A stretch of DNA of 64,000 nucleotides from Balanoglossus misakiensis (Eukaryota; Animalia; Hemichordata): assembly GCA_040954595.2 (NCBI GenBank), contig CM082592.2, positions 434,001 to 498,000 of the forward strand, in the 5' to 3' direction. The translations under genes were made by a program, and so were the position numbers. This document shows, in pieces, positions 40,801-51,961 of this stretch. Within the stretch, counting starts at the first letter, position 1. Each line of letters starts with the position of its first letter. The notes beneath the pieces are model-generated. The model was not told where the DNA came from and made no database searches. It worked only from the letters and a program-made list of their open reading frames with translations.

Positions 40801-43800
40801 ACGCCAGTCTGTGTCCTATATATAGTGCGGGGCATCAGCCGTGCCAGGCCTAAGGAAATGTGAGTAGATCAATGTGGTCTCTGTACGCGTGTTTCTGCTC
40901 TAGAATGCCAGGGCTTTAGCCAAGCCATGCCGTAGGAAATCTGACTTGATCAACGTTGCTAACGAACGCTAGTGTCTGTCATGGTGTGCCGGGGTTTTAG
41001 TCGAGCCAAGCCGTAGGAGATCTGACTTGATCATCGTGGTCAATGTACGCGTGTTTCCGCTCTAAAGTGCCGGGGCTTGAGCTAAACCAGGCCGTAGGAA
41101 ATCCGACGTAATCACCGTTGATAACTTACGCCAGTCTGTGTCATATAGAGCCGGTGCACCAGCCGAGTCACGCCGTAGGACATCTGACTTGATCAACGTG
41201 GTCAATGTACGCCTGTTTCTGCTCTAGAGTGCCGGGGCTTCAGCTGAGCCAGGCCGTAGGAAACCCGACGTGATTACCGTTGTTAACTTACGCCAGTCTG
41301 TGTCCTATATATAGTGCCGGGGCATCAGCTGTGCCAGGCCGAAGGAAATGGGAGTAGATCAACGTGGTCTCTGTACGCGTGTTTCTGCTCTAGAGTGCCA
41401 GGGCTTTAGCCAAGCCATGCCGTAGGAAATCTGACTTGATCAACGTTGCTAACGAACGCTAGTGTCTGTCATAGTGTGCCGGGGTTTTAGTCGAGCCAAG
41501 CCGTAGGAGATCAGACTTGATCAACGTGGTCTCTGTACGCGTGTTTCTGCTCTAGAGTGCCAGGGCTTTATCCCAGCCATGCAGTAGAAAATCTGACTTG
41601 ATCACCGTTGCTAACGTGCGCTAGTGTCTGTCATATTGTGACGGAGATTTAGCCGAGCCAGGCCGTAGAAAAATCGACTTGTTCAACGTTACCAGTGTGC
41701 AACTGTTTCTGCTCTAGAGTGTCAGGGTTTTAGCCGACTTATGCTGTAGGAAATCTGAGTTGATGAATGGGAATTCAATGTTAAAAAACCTGTGTGGAAA
41801 GTGTCTCTACCCTTTTGAAACTAAGAAAATAATTTATTCTTATTTATTTTGTAAAAATCACAATTTTTCGAAAAAAAGTCGAAAATGGTAATTTTGTCTT
41901 GGGTGATTCAAATTATACCGCCTTTTCTGGAATTTGCAGCACTTTTTACAAGAGAACGACACTTCATGCTCCATAATATTTCCGAAAATGAAGAAAAGAG
42001 TTAATTTTTTATGATTTTTTAAAAATTTACCATTTTTGTCAAAATATGGCCAAAATGGCTATTTTTTCTTGAATTCCGTCAATATCTCTGCATTTTTGGA
42101 GTGGTCGAAAGTTTTAACATACAATCAACATGTCATATATGATCAGGGCACCAAATTCGAAGAACAAAGGTTTTTTTTATTTTTTTTTCTAAAAATGACA
42201 TTTTCAAGGAAAATTTGGTTAAACGCAATTTTGTCTGCAGTGAGCCAAATTGGCTGTTTTTTTGTGGAATTTGTATCGATATATGTATACGAAGAGCATT
42301 CTATACTCCATCAGATTTCCGAAAATGTAGAAAACAGGTATTTTTTGTAATTTTCAAAAATTTACCATTTTGACCGAATTGTGGCTAAAATTGTTATTTT
42401 CGTGTTGAATGCCGCCAGTGTCACTGCTTTTAAAAGTCATTAAAACTTTTAACATACAAGCAATTTTTATATATGATCAGGTCACCGAATTTAAAGAATA
42501 AAGAATGTTTTCCCTAAAATGACCTTTTTGGTGCAAAAACGAATAAAACGCAATTTTGTATTAAATCAGCTCATTCAGAGTGCATTTTTTATAATCAGCA
42601 CCATTTTTACATATAATGGAAATTTCATACATCATCAGATATCCAAATATGAAAAAATGATTTAGATTTTAGATGATTGTCCAAAAGTAGCTGATATCTA
42701 ATAAATATAGTATTGAACCGTTCTGTTCCCCCCCCCCTACATTACATGCGGTACGCCGATGTCAGCTTACCCGTCAGTACTGCAGGCCGTGCCCACAACT
42801 AACGTCGGTGTTTGAAACGCCCTGGTTAAATTCGGGCTTTCTCTATAAATTGACAGGCAATAATGTAGTCCTACCGGAACAAATGTCGAGTGTTGACCCG
42901 CTGTGACTTTCCCTCTTCGGTTTGCCCGACTTAGCCAACGTCTTTGTACTAGAGTGTCGGGTGTTTTGCAGAGCCAGGCCGAAGGAAATCCGACTTGATC
43001 ACCGTTGCTAACGAACGCTAGTGTCTGTCATGGTGTGCCGGGGTTTTAGTCGAGCCAGGCCGTAGGAGATCTGACTGGATCATCGTGGTCAATGTACGCG
43101 TGTTTCCGCTCTAAAGTGCCGGGGCTTCAGCTAAACCAGGCCGTAGGAAATCCGACGTAATCACCGTTGATAACTTACGCCAGTCTGTGTCATATAGAGC
43201 CGGTGCACCAGCCGAGTCACGCCGTAGGAATCTGATTTGATCAACGTGGTCAATGTACGCCTGTTTCTGCTCTAGAGTGCCGGGGCTTCAGCTGAGCCAG
43301 GCCGTAGGAAACCCGACGTGATTACCGTTGTTAACTTACGCCAGTCTGTGTCCTATATATAGTGCGGGGCATCAGCCGTGCCAGGCCTAAGGAAATGTGA
43401 GTAGATCAATGTGGACTCTGTACGCGTGTTTCTGCTCTAGAATGCCAGGGCTTTAGCCAAGCCATGCCGTAGGAAATCTGAATTGATCAACGTTGCTAAC
43501 GAACGCTAGTGTCTGTCATAGTGTGCCGGGGTTTTAGTCGAGCCAAGCCGTAGGAGATCTGACTTGATCATCGTGGTCAATGTACGCGTGTTTCCGCTCT
43601 AAAGTGCCGGGGCTTGAGCTAAACCAGGCCGTAGGAAATCCGACGTAATCACCGTTGATAACTTACGCCAGTCTGTGTCATATAGAGCCGATGCACCAGC
43701 CGAGTCACACCGTAGGAAATCTTACTTGGTCAACGTGGTCAATGTACGCCTGTTTCTGCTCTAGAGTGCCGGGGCTTCAGCTGAGCCAGGCAGTGGGAAA

Positions 43801-46800
43801 CCCGACGTGATTACCGTTGTTAACTTACGCCAGTTTGTGTCCTATATATAGTGCCGGGGCATCAGCCGTGCCAGGCCGAAGGAAATGTGAGTAGATCAAC
43901 GTGGTCTCTGTACGCGTGTTTCTGCTCTAGAGTGCCAGGGCTTTAGCCAAGCCATGCCGTAGGAAATCTGACTTGATCAACGTTGCTAACGAACGCTAGT
44001 GTCTGTCATAGTGTGCCGGGGTTTTAGTCGAGCCAAGCCGTAGGAGATCAGACTTGATCAACGTGGTCTCTGTACGCCTGTTTCTGCTCTAGAGTGCCGG
44101 GGCTTTATCCAAGCCATGCCGTAGAAAATCTGACTTGATCACCGTTGCTAACGTACGCTAGTGTCTGTCATATTGTGACGAGATTTAGCCGAGCCAGGCC
44201 GTAGAAAAATCGACTTGTTCAACGTTATCAGTGTGCAACTGTTTCTGCTCTAGAGTGTCAGGGTTTTAGCCGACTTATGCTGTAGGAAATCTGAGTTGAT
44301 GAACGGGAATTCAATGTTAGAAAACCCGTGTGGAAAGTATCTCTACCCGTTTGAAACTAAGAAAAGAATTTATTCTTATTTATTTTGTAAAAAAGACAAT
44401 TTTTCGAAAACAAGTCGAAAATGGTAATTTTGTCTTGGTTGATTCAAATTATACCACATTTTCTGGAATTTGCAGCACTTTTTACAAGAGAACGACACTT
44501 CATGCTCCATAATATTTCCGAAAATGAAGAAAAGAGTTTTATTTTTTATGATTTTTTAAAAATGTACCATTTTGTCAAAATATGGCCAAAATGGCTATAT
44601 TTTCTTGAATTCCGTCAATATCTCTGCATTTTTGGAGTGGTCGAAAGTTTTAACATACAATCAACATGTCATATATGATCAGGGCACCAAATTCGAAGAA
44701 CGAAGGTTTTTTTATTTTATTTTTCTAAAAATGACATTTTCAAGGAAAATTTGGTAAAACGCAATTTTGTCTGCAGTGAGCCAAATTAGACGGTCTTTTG
44801 TGGAATTTGTATCGATATATATATACGAAGAGCATTCTATACTCCATCAGATTTCCGAAAATGTAGAAAACAGGTATTTTTTGTAATATTCAAAAATTTA
44901 CCATTTTGACCAAATTGTGGTTAAAATTGTTATTTTCGTGTTGAATGCCGCCAGTGTCACTGCTTTTAAAAGTCATAAAAACTTTTAACATACAAGCAAT
45001 TGCTTATATATGATCAGGTCACCGAATTAAAAAAATAAAGAATGTTTTGCCTAAAAATGACCTTTTTGGTGCAAAAACGAATAAAACGCAATTTTGTATT
45101 AAATCAGCTCATTCAGAGTGCATTTTTTATAATCAGCACCATTTTTACATCATCAGATATCCAAATATGAAAAAATGATTTAGATTTTAGATGATTGTCC
45201 AAAATTAGCTGATATCTAATAAATGTAGTATTGAACCGTTCTGTCCCCCCCCCCCCCCTACATTATATGCGGTACGCCGATGTCAGCTTAACCGGCAGTA
45301 CTGCAGGCCGTGCCCCCAACTAACGTCGGTGTTTGAAACGCCCTGGTTAAATTCGGGCTTTCTCTATAAATTGACAGGCAATAATGCAGTCCTACCCGAA
45401 CAAATGTCGAGTGTTGACCCACTGTGACTTTCCCTCTTCGGTTTGCCCGACTTAGCCAACGTCTTTGTACTAATGTGTCGGGTCTTTTGCAGAGCCAGGC
45501 CGAAGGAAATCCGACTTGATCACCGTTGCTAACGAACGCTAGTGTCTGTCATGGTGTGCCGGGGTTTTAGTCGAGCCAGGCCGTAGGAGATCTGACTTGA
45601 TCATCGTGGTCAATGTACGCGTGTTTCCGCTCTAAAGTGCCGGGGCTTCAGCTAAACCATGCCGTAGGAAATCCGGCGTAATCACCGTTGATAACTCACG
45701 CCAGTCTGTGTCATATAGAGCCGGTGCACCAGCCGAGTCACGCCGTAGGAAATCTGACTTGATCAACGTGGTCAATGTACGCCTGTTTCTGCTCTAGAGT
45801 GCCGGGGCTTCAGCTGAGCCAGGCCGTAGGAAACCCGACGTGATTACCGTTGTTAACTTATGCAAGTCTGTGTCCTATATATACTGCCGGGGCATCAGCC
45901 GTGCCAGGCCGAAGGAAATGTGAGTAGATCAACGTGGTTTCTGTACGCGTGTTTCTGCTCTAGAGTGCCAGGGCTTTAGCCAAGCCATGCCGTAGGAAAT
46001 CTGACTTGATCACCGTTGCTAACGAACGCTAGTGTCTGTCATAGTGTGCCGGGGTTTTAGTCGAGCCAGGCCGTAGGAAATCTGACTTGATCAACGTGGT
46101 CAATGTACGCCTGTTTCTGCTCTAGAATGCCGGGGTTTCAGCTGAGCCAGGCCGTAGGAAACCCGACGTGATTACCGTTGTTAACTTACGCCAGTCTGTG
46201 TCCTATATATAGTGCCGGGGCATCAGCCATGCCAGGCCGAAGGAAATGTGAGTAGATCAACGTGGTCTCTGTACGCGTGTTTCTGCTCTAGAGTGCCGGG
46301 GCTTTATCCAAGCCATGCCGTAGAAAATCTGACTTGCACACCGTTGTTAACGTACGGTAGTGTCTGTCATATTGTGACGGAGATTTAGCCGAGCCAGGCC
46401 GTAGAAAAATCGACTTGTTCAACGTTACCAGTGTGCAACTGTTTCTGCTCTAAAGTCTCAGGGTTTTAGCCGACTTATGCTGTAGGAAATCTGAGTTGAT
46501 GAACGGGAATTCAATGTTAGAAAACCCGTGTGGAAAGTATCTCTACCCGTTTGAAACTAAGAAAAGAATTAATTCTTATTTATTTTGTAAAAAAGACAAT
46601 TTTTCGAAAAAAAGTCGAAAATGGTAATTTTGTCTTGGGTGATTCAAATTATACCGCCTTTTCTGGAATTTGCAGCACTTTTTACAAGAGAACGACACTT
46701 CATGCTCCATAATATTTCCGAAAATGAAGAAAAGAGTTAATTTTTTATGATTTTTTAAAAATTTACCATTTTTGTCAAAATATGGCCAAAATGGCTATTT

Positions 46801-49800
46801 TTTCTTGAATTCCGTCAATATCTCTGCATTTTTGGAGTGGTCGAAAGTCTAAACATACAATCAACATGTCATATATGATCAGGGCACCAAATTCGAAGAT
46901 AAAAGGTTTTTTTATTTTTTTTTTCTAAAAATGACATTTTCAAGGAAAATTTTGTAAAACGCAATTTTGTCTGCAGTGAGCCAAATTAGACGGTCTTTTG
47001 TGGAATTTGTATCGATATATACATACGAAGAGCATTCTATACTCCATCAGATTTCCGAAAATGTAGAAAACAGGTATTTTTTGTAATTTTCAAAAATTTA
47101 CCATTTTGACCAAATTGTGGCTAAAATTGTTATTTTCGTGTTGAATGCCGCCAGTGTCACTGCTTTTAAAAGTCATAAAAACTTTTAACATACAAGCAAT
47201 TGTTTATATATGATCAGGTCACCGAATTAAAAAAATAAAGAATGTTTTGCCTAAAAATGCCCTTTTTGGTGCAAAAACGAATAAAACGCAATTTTGCATT
47301 AAATCAGCTCATTCAGAGTGCATTTTTATAATCAGCACCATTTTTACATATAATGGAAATGTCATACATCATCAGATATCCAAATATGAAAAGATGATTT
47401 ACATTTTAGATGATTGTCCAAAATTAGCTGATATCTGATAAATGTAGTTTTGAACCGTTCTGTTCCCCCCCCCCCTACATTATATGCGGTACGCTGATGT
47501 CAGCTTACCCGGCAGTACTGCAGGCCGTGCCCCCAACTAACGTCGGTGTTTGAAACGCCCTGGTTAAATTCGGGCTTTCTCTATAAATTGACAGGCAATA
47601 ATGCAGTCCTACCGGAACAAATGTCGAGTGTTGACCCGCTGTGACTTTTCCTGTTCGGTTTGCCCGACTTAGCCAACGTCTTTGTACTAGAGTGTCGGGT
47701 CTTTTGCAGAGCCAGGCCGAAGGAAATCCGACTTGATCACCGTTGCTAACGAACGCTAGTGTCTGTCATGGTGTGCCGGGGTTTTAGTCGAGCCAGGCCG
47801 TAGGAGATCTGACTTGATCATCGTGGTCAATGTACGCGTGTTTCCGCTCTAAAGTGCCGGGGCTTCAGCTAAACCAGGCCGTAGGAAATCCGACGTAATC
47901 ACCGTTGATAACTTACGCCAGTCTGTGTCATATAGAGCCGGTGCACCAGCCGAGTCACGCCGTAGGAAATCTGACTTGATCAACGTGGTCAATGTACGCC
48001 TGTTTCTGCTCTAGAGCGCCGGGGCTTCAGCTGAGCCAGGCCGTAGGAAACCCGACGTGATTACCGTTGTTAACTTACGCCAGTCTGTGTCCTATATATA
48101 GTGCCGGGGCATCAGCCGTGCCAGGCCGAAGGAAATGTGAGTAGATCAACGTGGTCTCTGTACGCGTGTTTCTGCTCTAGTGCCTGGGCTTTATCCAAGC
48201 CATGCCGTAGAAAATCTGACTTGATCACCGTTGCTAACGTACGATAGTGTCTGTCATATTGTGACGGAGATTTAGCCGAGCCAGGCCGTAGAAAAATCGA
48301 CTTGTTCAACGTTACCAGTGTGCAACTGTTTCTGCTCTAAAGTCTCAGGGTTTTAGCCGACTTATGCTGTAGGAAATCTGAGTTGATGAACGGGAATTCA
48401 ATGTTAGAAAACCTGTGTGGAAAGTGTCTCTACCCGTTTGAAACTAAGAAAAGAATTAATTCTTATTTATTTTGTAAAAAAGAAAATTTTTCGAAAAAAA
48501 GTCGAAAATGGTAATTTTGTCTTGGGTGATTCAAATTATACCGCCTTTTCTGGAATTTGCAGAACTTTTTAGAAGAGAACGACACTTCATGCTCCATAAT
48601 ATTTCCGAAAATGAAGAAAAGAGTTAATTTTTTATGATTTTTTAAAAATTTACCATTTTTGTCAAAATATGGCCAAAATGGCTATTTTTTCTTGAATTCC
48701 GTCAATATCCCTGCATTTTTGGAGTGGTCGAAAGTTTTAACATACAATCAACATGTCATATATGATCAGGGCACCAAATTCGAAGATAAAAGGTTTCTTA
48801 ATTTTTTTTTTCTAAAAATGACATTTTCAAGGAAAATTTTGTAAAACGCAATTTTGTCTGCAGTGAGCCAAATTAGACGGTCTTTTGTGGAATTTGTATC
48901 GATATATACATACGAAGAGCATTCTATACTCCATCAGATTTCCGAAAATGTAGAAAACAGGTATTTTTTGTAATTTTCAAAAATTTACCATTTTGACCAA
49001 ATTGTGGCTAAAATTGTTATTTTCGTGTTGAATGCCGCCAGTGTCACTGCTTTTAAAAGTCATAAAAACTTTTAACATACAAGCAATTGTTTATATATGA
49101 TCAGGTCACCGAATTAAACAAATAAAGAATGTTTTGCCTAAAAATGACCTTTTTGGTGCAAAAACGAATAAAACGCAATTTTGCATTAAATCAGCTCATT
49201 CAGAGTGCATTTTTATAATCAGCACCATTTTTACATATAATGGAAATGTCATACATCATCTGATATCCAAATATGAAAAGATGATTTAGATTTTAGATGA
49301 TTGTCCAAAATTAGCTGATATCTGATAAATGTAGTATTGAACCGTTCTGTTCCCCCCCCCCTACATTATATGCGGTACGCTGATGTCAGCTTACCCGGCA
49401 GTACCGCAGGCCGTGCCCCCAACTAACGTCGGTGTTTGAAACGCCCTGGTTAAATTCGGGCTTTCTCTATAAATTGACAGGAAATAATGCAGTCCTACCG
49501 TAACAAATGTCGAGTGTTGACCCGCTGTGACTTTCCCTGTTCGGTTTGCCCGACTTAGCCAACGTCTTTGTACTAGAGTGTCGGGTCTTTTGCAGAGCCA
49601 GGCCGTAGGAAATCCGACTTGATCACCGTTGCTAACGAACGCTAGTGTCTGTCATGGTGTGCCGGGGTTTTAGTCGAGCCAGGCCGTAGGATATCTGACT
49701 TGATCATCGTGGTCAATGTACGCGTGTTTCCGCTCTAAAGTGCCGGGGCTTCAGCTAAACCAGGCCGTAGGAAATCCGACGTAATCACCGTTGATAACTT

Positions 49801-50498
49801 ACGCCAGTCTGTGTCATATAGAGCCGGTGCACCAGCCGAGTCACGCCGTAGGAAATCTGACTTGATCAACGTGGTCAATGTACGCCTGTTTCTGCTCTAG
49901 AGCGCCGGGGCTTCAGCTGAGCCAGGCCGTAGGAAACCCGACGTGATTACTGTTGTTAACTTACGCCAGTCTGTGTCCTATATATAGTGCCGGGGCATCA
50001 GCCGTGCCAGGCCGAAGGAAATGTGAGTAGATCAACGTGGTTTTTGTACGTGTGTTTCTGCTCTAGAGTGCCAGGGCTTTAGCCAAGCCATGCCGTAGGA
50101 AATCTGACTTGATCAACGTTGCTAACGAACGCTAGTGTCTGTCATAGTGTGCCGGGGTTTTAGTCGAGCCAAGCCGTAGGAGATCAGACTTGATCAACGT
50201 GGTCTCTGTACGCGTGTTTCTGCTCTAGAGTGTCGGGGCTTTATCCAAGCCATGCCGTAGAAAATCTGACTTGATCACCGTTGCTAACGTACGCTAGTGT
50301 CTGTAATATTGTGACGGAGATTTAGCCGAGCCAGGCCGTAGAAAAATTGACTTGTTCAACGTTTCCAGTGTGCAACTGTTTCTGCTCTAGAGTGTCAGGG
50401 TTTTAGCCGACTTATGCTGTAGGAAATCTGAGTTGATGAACGGGAAGTCAATGTTAGGAAACCCGTGTGGAAAGTATCTCTACCCGTTTGAAACTAAG

Positions 50499-51882
50499 TG
50501 TAACCTCACTCGCAATTACATATAATACAAAAAGGGCCCTGGTGGCATTGCGGCACCTTCGCTCCACACTACTCAATCAGATGCAACAAGAAACAATTTT
50601 CTCTCTCCGATAAGTTCAAATATAAAAGAAAAAACTTGACAGCACTCAATCTCTGAATGGCGGTCTCTATCACTGAACAACAAAAAAATCAAGCAATTCC
50701 ATACTGATCACACTAGTGCACCTGTTTACAACAGGGGGTGCACTGTAAAAAGAAAATGAAATGTTAATCTGTATCACTGATAATACAAGAAGAATAAAGT
50801 TCACTCTCAATGTACGTAGCTGTATAAATCAATGTACTCAGCAGTGGAAATCAGCGTATTCCGCTGTATAAATCAATGTACTCAGCAGTGTGAATCAGCG
50901 TATTCCGCTGTATAAATCAATGTACTCAGCAGTGTGAATCAGCGTATTCCGCTGTATAAATCAATGTACTCGGCAGTAAAAATCAGTGTACTCCGCTGTA
51001 TAAATCAATGTACACGGCAGTAGAAATCAGTTCACTTTTCCCACAATAGTTCGAAAAAATAAAAGTTCACTGTTCACACAATAGTTCAAAAGAAAATAAC
51101 AGTTCACTATCAATGTACTCAGCTGTATGACTCAGTTTGCTGTCCCCGTAAACAGTTCTGGCGCTGAATCCAACTTCAACTGGCACAATCCGCTGGTACA
51201 TGGCAAACCACGGCGAATCCCTCAGAACGTCTGCAAACTGCTACACCCGAAGCCGGCGAATCCCTCGGAACGGCAGCAAACCGCAAACTGTTGCACAGAA
51301 AATCGGCGAATCCCTCAGAAAGGCAGCAAACAGCGACTGTAGCACACAAGCGGCTCGGTGTATCAAAACTGATGGGTCCGCTATCAATACATGTACTTAT
51401 CTCTCTCCGTCTCTAGCTCGCTCGCATCACACGCCAGCACGACTCATGGGGGCAGCCATCTTGGAAAGTTTTGTTTAGAACTGCATACGTGGCCGAATCT
51501 CCGACTCAACTTCGGCCCTACTCGGCTCGTCACGCACTCACCGTCTAGCTGGAACTTCTTGGCCAATTCAAAAAATATAGTTTCTTTTCAAACCACATCT
51601 CGCTCTTCCGAATTCAGTGTCACTGTTGGCACTCCGTCCGCCTGTATCAGAGACCTGCACGCCTCAATACATGACTTCTGGCTGAAACCTGGGCTGCAAT
51701 TTCAGACGAAAATCTCCCAGCAATTTCTGGACGACCAGCTCACGCGTACTCAAATTTTCCACACTCCCTTCAAAAAAAAAAAACCCCAACAACTCCCCGG
51801 ATGAACTGCTGTACCGGCTGAGGGCGCTGCTGTCACCTTTCCCGTAAAGTACCCGGATGCTACTCAGTAACCATGGGTTACA
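50499..51882 (-). repeat. 3' LTR (1384 bp)
   Basis: Starts tgtaacc, ends ggttaca (7 bp terminal inverted repeat); direct repeat of 58399-59783; abuts the PPT. Confidence 0.97.
50819..51030. repeat. LTR-internal tandem repeat, ~5 x 44 bp (2 x 22 bp subunits); second copy at 58719-58930
   Basis: gctgtataaatcaatgtactc(a/g)gcagt...aatcag(c/t)gta(t/c)tcc starts at 50819, 50863, 50907, 50951 and 50995. Confidence 0.9.
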
Positions 51883-51894
51883 TTCTCCCCCTCC
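51883..51894 (-). promoter_or_regulatory. Polypurine tract (PPT)
   Basis: Minus strand reads GGAGGGGGAGAA immediately before the TG of the 3' LTR. Confidence 0.9.
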
Positions 51895-51961
51895 AAATAT
51901 GGGCGTCCTCGTCCATTACATCATCGGACAACATTCTTCTATTCAGGTAAGTAATGTAGTC

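Larger units (their letters stand above)
1..50498. repeat. Tandem macrosatellite array, ~2.05 kb composite unit (left of retrotransposon; continues beyond window start)
   Basis: The landmark gaaccgttc-poly(C)-tacattatatgcggtacg recurs at ~1325, 3706, 5741, 8286, 9686, 11237, 13291, 14858, 16907, 18801, 20856, 22909, 24947, 26995, 29042, 31092, 32638, 34699, 36756, 38637, 40188, 42728, 45245, 47464 and 49352. All units are in the same orientation and highly similar. Confidence 0.98.

Noticed and set aside
334-48844. Dozens of recurring 60-104 aa ORFs (MMNGNSMLENP..., MSKYGQNGYFF..., MNRSVPPP..., MESISTRLK...)
   Set aside because: They are translations of the satellite, mostly with non-ATG starts, broken by homopolymer frameshifts in many units, with no recognisable domain.
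1-50498. Array as 5S rDNA, tRNA, SL RNA or histone tandem cluster
   Set aside because: No recognisable 5S, tRNA cloverleaf, spliced-leader or histone sequence found in the unit by eye on either strand.
51127-51804. Plus-strand ORFs in the LTRs (also 59027-59722)
   Set aside because: Overlapping short frames with no domain; their duplication simply reflects LTR identity.
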